Assembly: GCA_964016885.1 (NCBI GenBank)
Contig: OZ024740.1
Coordinates: forward strand, 329,406,001 to 329,470,000
DNA length: 64,000 nt
From: Eledone cirrhosa
Lineage: Eukaryota
Direction: 5' to 3'
Within the stretch, counting starts at the first letter, position 1. Each line of letters opens with the position of its first letter. Positions 59,120 to 64,000 of this stretch are shown here, piece after piece. The position numbers were made by a program, and so were the translations under genes. The notes under the pieces are model-generated. The model saw only the letters and a program-made list of their open reading frames with translations. It did not search any database and was not told the origin of the DNA.

Positions 59120-61038
59120 GCGAACGAAATGTGGTAAGGAACCAAGTGGAACATAACGCACCAAAGTACTCAATACTTAGGGTAGTAGAGTGGGTAATAG
59201 CCGAGCTTCTCAGGTGGTAATTCCATATATGGTAAAAGTGATTGTTACAAGTGATTGTCGTCGAACGACGAACTGGTAACTGCATGCAAACACAGATTGC
59301 GTAGGACTTACCTCGCCCTCAAACCTCATAATGACCCGTGGGAGGGGCGGGGTGGCGGAGACAAGGGCTGTAACACCTCACTTGCCGACTTTGTAATGTG
59401 TAACCCCTGCTTGCAAAGGAAGGCGTAAGATCTTCTTTTATATCTTTTTATCGCTTCCTCTATATTTCCTTCTTCCCCTCATCCCTTCCTAGTCCTCCCA
59501 CCCCAGTCCTCCTTCTTTGTCGTCGTCCTTTTCACTCTCTCGCCCACCCGAGGCAGCCCTTCGGTCCTTTGTAGCCTCAGTACCCCCACCCCCATCCCTT
59601 ATTCTATGAAATAATTGGCCGACTCCGCTTTTTATAGCAGATGTGATAGACCCCGGATACTTGCTTTCTTATCCGATGCCTGCCCCATTTCCGTGCTTTC
59701 TACATTTCATAGTGGTATCTTTGCTTTAATTTCTCGTATATCAGTATTTATTTTTTTGGGGTGGGGGGTTGGGGGTTGGGGGGGGGGGGGATTCTGAATT
59801 AATTTTCCGTATCAAATTTGTCATATACTTCGTACGAGCATTTATGTAGTTTGCACTAGAATGTTTGTATCGTAGCGGCACCCTTAGAGATAGTATTAGT
59901 ATTCATTTTCGTGATTCTGAATTATTATTTCGTATTAGTTTATTTTTTGCACTGGGTGGTTGCTGGCCTTGTGCCTAGGGTAGAAACAATTATTTCGTAT
60001 TAGTCTCGGGATTATGAATTATTATTTCCTGGGGGTTTCTTTAGTATTTTGGCACCCCACTTGTTGATCTGTCACCGTAAGATAAACTCGGTTGATTACT
60101 ACTAACACTTAAAATTGTCTCATTATAATTCCGTCCCACCCAGTAAACTTTTCTATAGTTTAGCAGTACCAGTGAGAGACTTGATGACTGTCGTTAGGGA
60201 ATAGTAACCAGATATCGTTTTTTCCTATACTTTTAACATTCTCGGTATTCTTCTATATATTTACCCTATATTGTTTTACTTATTGTTTCGAATCATCACC
60301 CTCCCCCTCCCTAGTATACTTGCTTGACCTCCTTATCTGCTGTAGTTGGCACTACCAACGCACGACTGGGTTTCCTCCACCCCCTCTCCCTCTTTCTTCT
60401 ACTGGCAGGTTCAGCTACCCCTTCCTTCCACAAATTGCCATGATAGAATTATGTGTCTCAACAACAAACTTTTGACCAATCCTTGTGACCAATCCTTTTA
60501 CCATATATGGAACTACCCCCTGAGAAGCTCGGCTATTTATATACCAGGATAAACATTTTCATTTAGTCCAGAATTAGCCGTCGAAACGGCTTGAGCTCAG
60601 CCGTCGCGGTCCTACTCGTTCCTATATATATTTATATATAGTAATAATAATAAAATTGAAGACTAAAATCCAAAGAGGGCTCGATAAGGAAAATATATAT
60701 CAAATATATAAGAACCGTAGAGCAAATATTTATTAAAATAACAGATTAAAGTTTAAACAAAGAATCGCTGCTTTCACCCTTAACGGGATCTTCTGAAACT
60801 AACAAAGTCAATCTGTAAACGCAGAACTGGATATTTCAAAAAACGTTGCAACCGGAGGAAGACAGGAAGACGATACTTTGGTTCGTGGTAACGTTCGCTG
60901 GCAAAGAACGGCAAAAAAACGAATAATACGTCATTAATAGGAGCGGTGAAAAACAATTAAGTGTGAAAGCAGCGATTCTTTGTTTAAACTTTAATTTTAA
61001 TAAATATATATATTTATATATATATATATATATAAATA

Positions 61039-61112
<74 letters not shown>

Positions 61113-61116
<4 letters not shown>

Positions 61117-62445
61117 TTACTTGGGGAGGGTCATATTTGTGTAATATTGCCAGAATTAATAACAGAACACACTCACTGTATGGTCGGTTTTCGCTTTTCG
61201 CTTCTGTGTCTTTTATATCGGTAACCTAATTTACTCGGTCCTCAATGTTGCCATTGACTGACCGACGGTCAAAAATAATACAGATACAATATGGACACAA
61301 ACACATATATATAGTTTATCATAAATCTTTCGTTGCACATCTGCAACATCGTCAGTGGTGCTATTATTTCCTCCCGTTGTATTGTATGTCTACGCCATTT
61401 TTATTCAGTCTGTCTATATATTTATTTATTTATTTGCTTGTTTGTTTATTTTATTTTGTCTTCTTTGCGCATGCGTTTGCGTGTGTGTATAGTGTTTTGT
61501 TTGATGTGTGATGTGTGTTCATGATTGGGTGACTAGTGTGTGTTTAGGTGCTTGTGTATGTATTTATTTATTTATTTATTTATTTTATTTTATTTACTTA
61601 TTTATAAAACTAGAAACGTAGTCTATAGCATAAGATGTACAGAGGGTACTTGCAGAAACATGACAACAACATACATAGGTGAGACAGCTCGTAGCATAGG
61701 TGAAAGGATAGACCAACACTGGGGGGAACTAAAAGGACGAAAAAACGGGTCAGTACTATACGAACATGCCAGACAACAACATGATGGTAACATAGACAAC
61801 ATAGAAATTAGAATAATATCTAAACATAGAAATGACCCGGCAAATCAGAGAGGCCAGTGAAATAGAACTTAGAAGACCAAGACTAAACAGAAAGAATGAA
61901 TGGAATAACAACAACACTCAAACAACCAACACTGACCTAAGAGAAGTATAAATAAGTAAATAAAATAAAATAAATAAATAAATAAATAAATACATACACA
62001 AGCACATAAACATACACTAGTCACCCAATCATGAACACACATCACACATCAAACAAAACACTATACACACACGCAAATGCATGCGCAAAGAAGACAAAAT
62101 AAAATAAACAAACAAACAAATAAATAAATAAATATATAGACAGACTGAATAAAAATGGCGTAGACATACAATACAACGGGAGGAAATAATAGCACCACTG
62201 ACGGTGTTGCAGATGTGCAACGAAAAATTTATGATAAACTATATTTATGTGTTTGTGTCCATATTGTATCTGTATTATTTTTGACCGTCGGTCAGTCAAT
62301 GACAACATTGAGGACCGAGTAAATTAGGTTACCGACATAAAAGACACAGAAGCGAAGAGCGAAAACCAACCAAACAGTGAGTGTGTTCTGTTATTAATTC
62401 TGGCAGTATTACACAAATATGACCCTCCCCAAGTATAACAATATT
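61113..62445 (+). mobile_element. Truncated PLE: GIY-YIG fragment flanked by ~490 bp inverted terminal repeats with hammerheads (61318-61359 minus; 62194-62235 plus)
   Basis: KTRNVVYSIRC...YIGETARSIGERIDQH at 61605-61900, related to the 35-37 kb element. The minus-copy HHR reads CTGACGA-TGTTGCA(GATG)TGCAAC-GAAA. Confidence 0.85.
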
Positions 62446-62501
62446 TGTTTCGACACACGATTTCATATTAAAAAAAACCTCGCAAAAGTAATTCATCGCC
62501 G

Positions 62502-62571
<70 letters not shown>

Positions 62572-62631
62572 CAGCATTTTCTTTACCTTTTACCAATATA
62601 TCATAACTCGAGTGTTACACTTCTATTCTTT

Positions 62632-62678
<47 letters not shown>

Positions 62679-62747
62679 ATTTAAGTAAGTAAAAAATTTA
62701 AAAAAAATTTTTTTTTTTTTTTTTTAGATATTTTCTTCTTTTACGTC

Positions 62748-62837
<90 letters not shown>

Positions 62838-62841
<4 letters not shown>

Positions 62842-63380
62842 TATTTTCCGTTGTATTGTAATATAAATATTACACACAGTAGATTGACAGCTCACGTAGA
62901 GTTTGCTCGACGGTTCCAGTTGTAGTTCCAAAAGTAATCCGGAGAAAAATAGAAAGATTTAAATGGATACAGTTTAGTTGAAAGGAATTTATTGACACGT
63001 GTTTCTATAACAGTTACATAACCTGAAAACAGCTGCTATCTATAAAGTTTTAGTCATGCAGACATTCAATATTTCAATGTTATTATTTACTGTCATTTCA
63101 TCAGAATAATATTATTGAGGACCTATTTGGTTTTTATAGAGAATATTAGGAGGGAGGGGTGAAGTTGTTAGAAGAATAGTTGAGGGAGTGGTTTGTTGAT
63201 AGCAGTGAGAATTTTTGGTGGCAGTGAGTAATTAGATTCCCATCTGTTGTCTTGACATTTTTATAGAATATATTATTGGTTATTTTTCTAAATTTATAGA
63301 AGGATTAGAGATAGTAAAGATATGCGTGGTTGGTTTTGTGTTTGCACTTAATTAACATTCAGACTTAAATTTTTCTTTCA
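62838..63380 (-). mobile_element. PLE 3' end with hammerhead (62989-63109)
   Basis: TTATT-CTGATGA-AATGACAGT...ACTGTTATA-GAAA-CACGTG-TC-AATAA. The upstream decayed frame ends ..LITHCHQKFSLL, similar to Naiad C-termini. Confidence 0.7.
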
Positions 63381-64000
63381 AGTGTACGTATCCTTTCACC
63401 CACGCATTCACACACAAATATATTTGCACACCTCTACAAAATACATATACTCACATTCACATATTCATACTTACATACATATACACATGCATGCATATAT
63501 ATATACACACATGTATTCATGTACATACATACGCGTTCATGTGTATACATTTTCATACTCAACTTATCTTTATATACACACGCATAGACACACACATATA
63601 TACATACCTACTCTAGTCTATGTGTACACATATACATACACATCTATACACACATACATATATACACACATATATATATATATATAAGCACTTTAATACA
63701 TGAATACACTTACATCCTACTATACACATCAAACATATATATATATTTACTTATTTATATACATTTTCACATATATATACATACTTATGGACGTTTTTAG
63801 ACACATTCATTATCGCATATTTGCACCTATTTTCATCAGCATATCTTTCCATTATTAGTGTGGTAATTTAAGGTTATTAATATATGTTGAGAAGAGATTG
63901 TTTTTATATTTTTCTAACTAGAATGAGGTTTATATAGTTGGGGGGATGTCCCTCTTTTATGTAATATTCGGCTTGTAGTGGGAAAAAAGGGTTTTAGTTC

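Overview
AT-rich, microsatellite-saturated animal genomic DNA with no recognisable host protein-coding gene. The SINE family and (TA)n density suggest an octopus or other coleoid cephalopod (inference). Almost all short ORFs in the supplied track ([16 protein letters not shown]) are translations of dinucleotide repeats. The window is mostly transposon remains: several clades of Penelope-like elements (PLEs; RT + GIY-YIG), RTE LINE fragments, tRNA-derived SINEs, a decayed mariner and a non-autonomous Helitron. The main hidden signal is RNA-level. About 14 sequence families of type I minimal hammerhead ribozyme (HHR) motifs, roughly 30 copies, can be read by eye. They include conserved non-canonical cores (U3-A8 swap in two families, U4A in one). 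One HHR family sits in an ORF-less ~420-490 bp tandem unit with an octamer motif, resembling a retrozyme or circRNA-producing element. Most HHR-bearing insertions are fold-back (inverted) structures anchored in (TA)n. All folds and alignments were done by eye, so coordinates are approximate.
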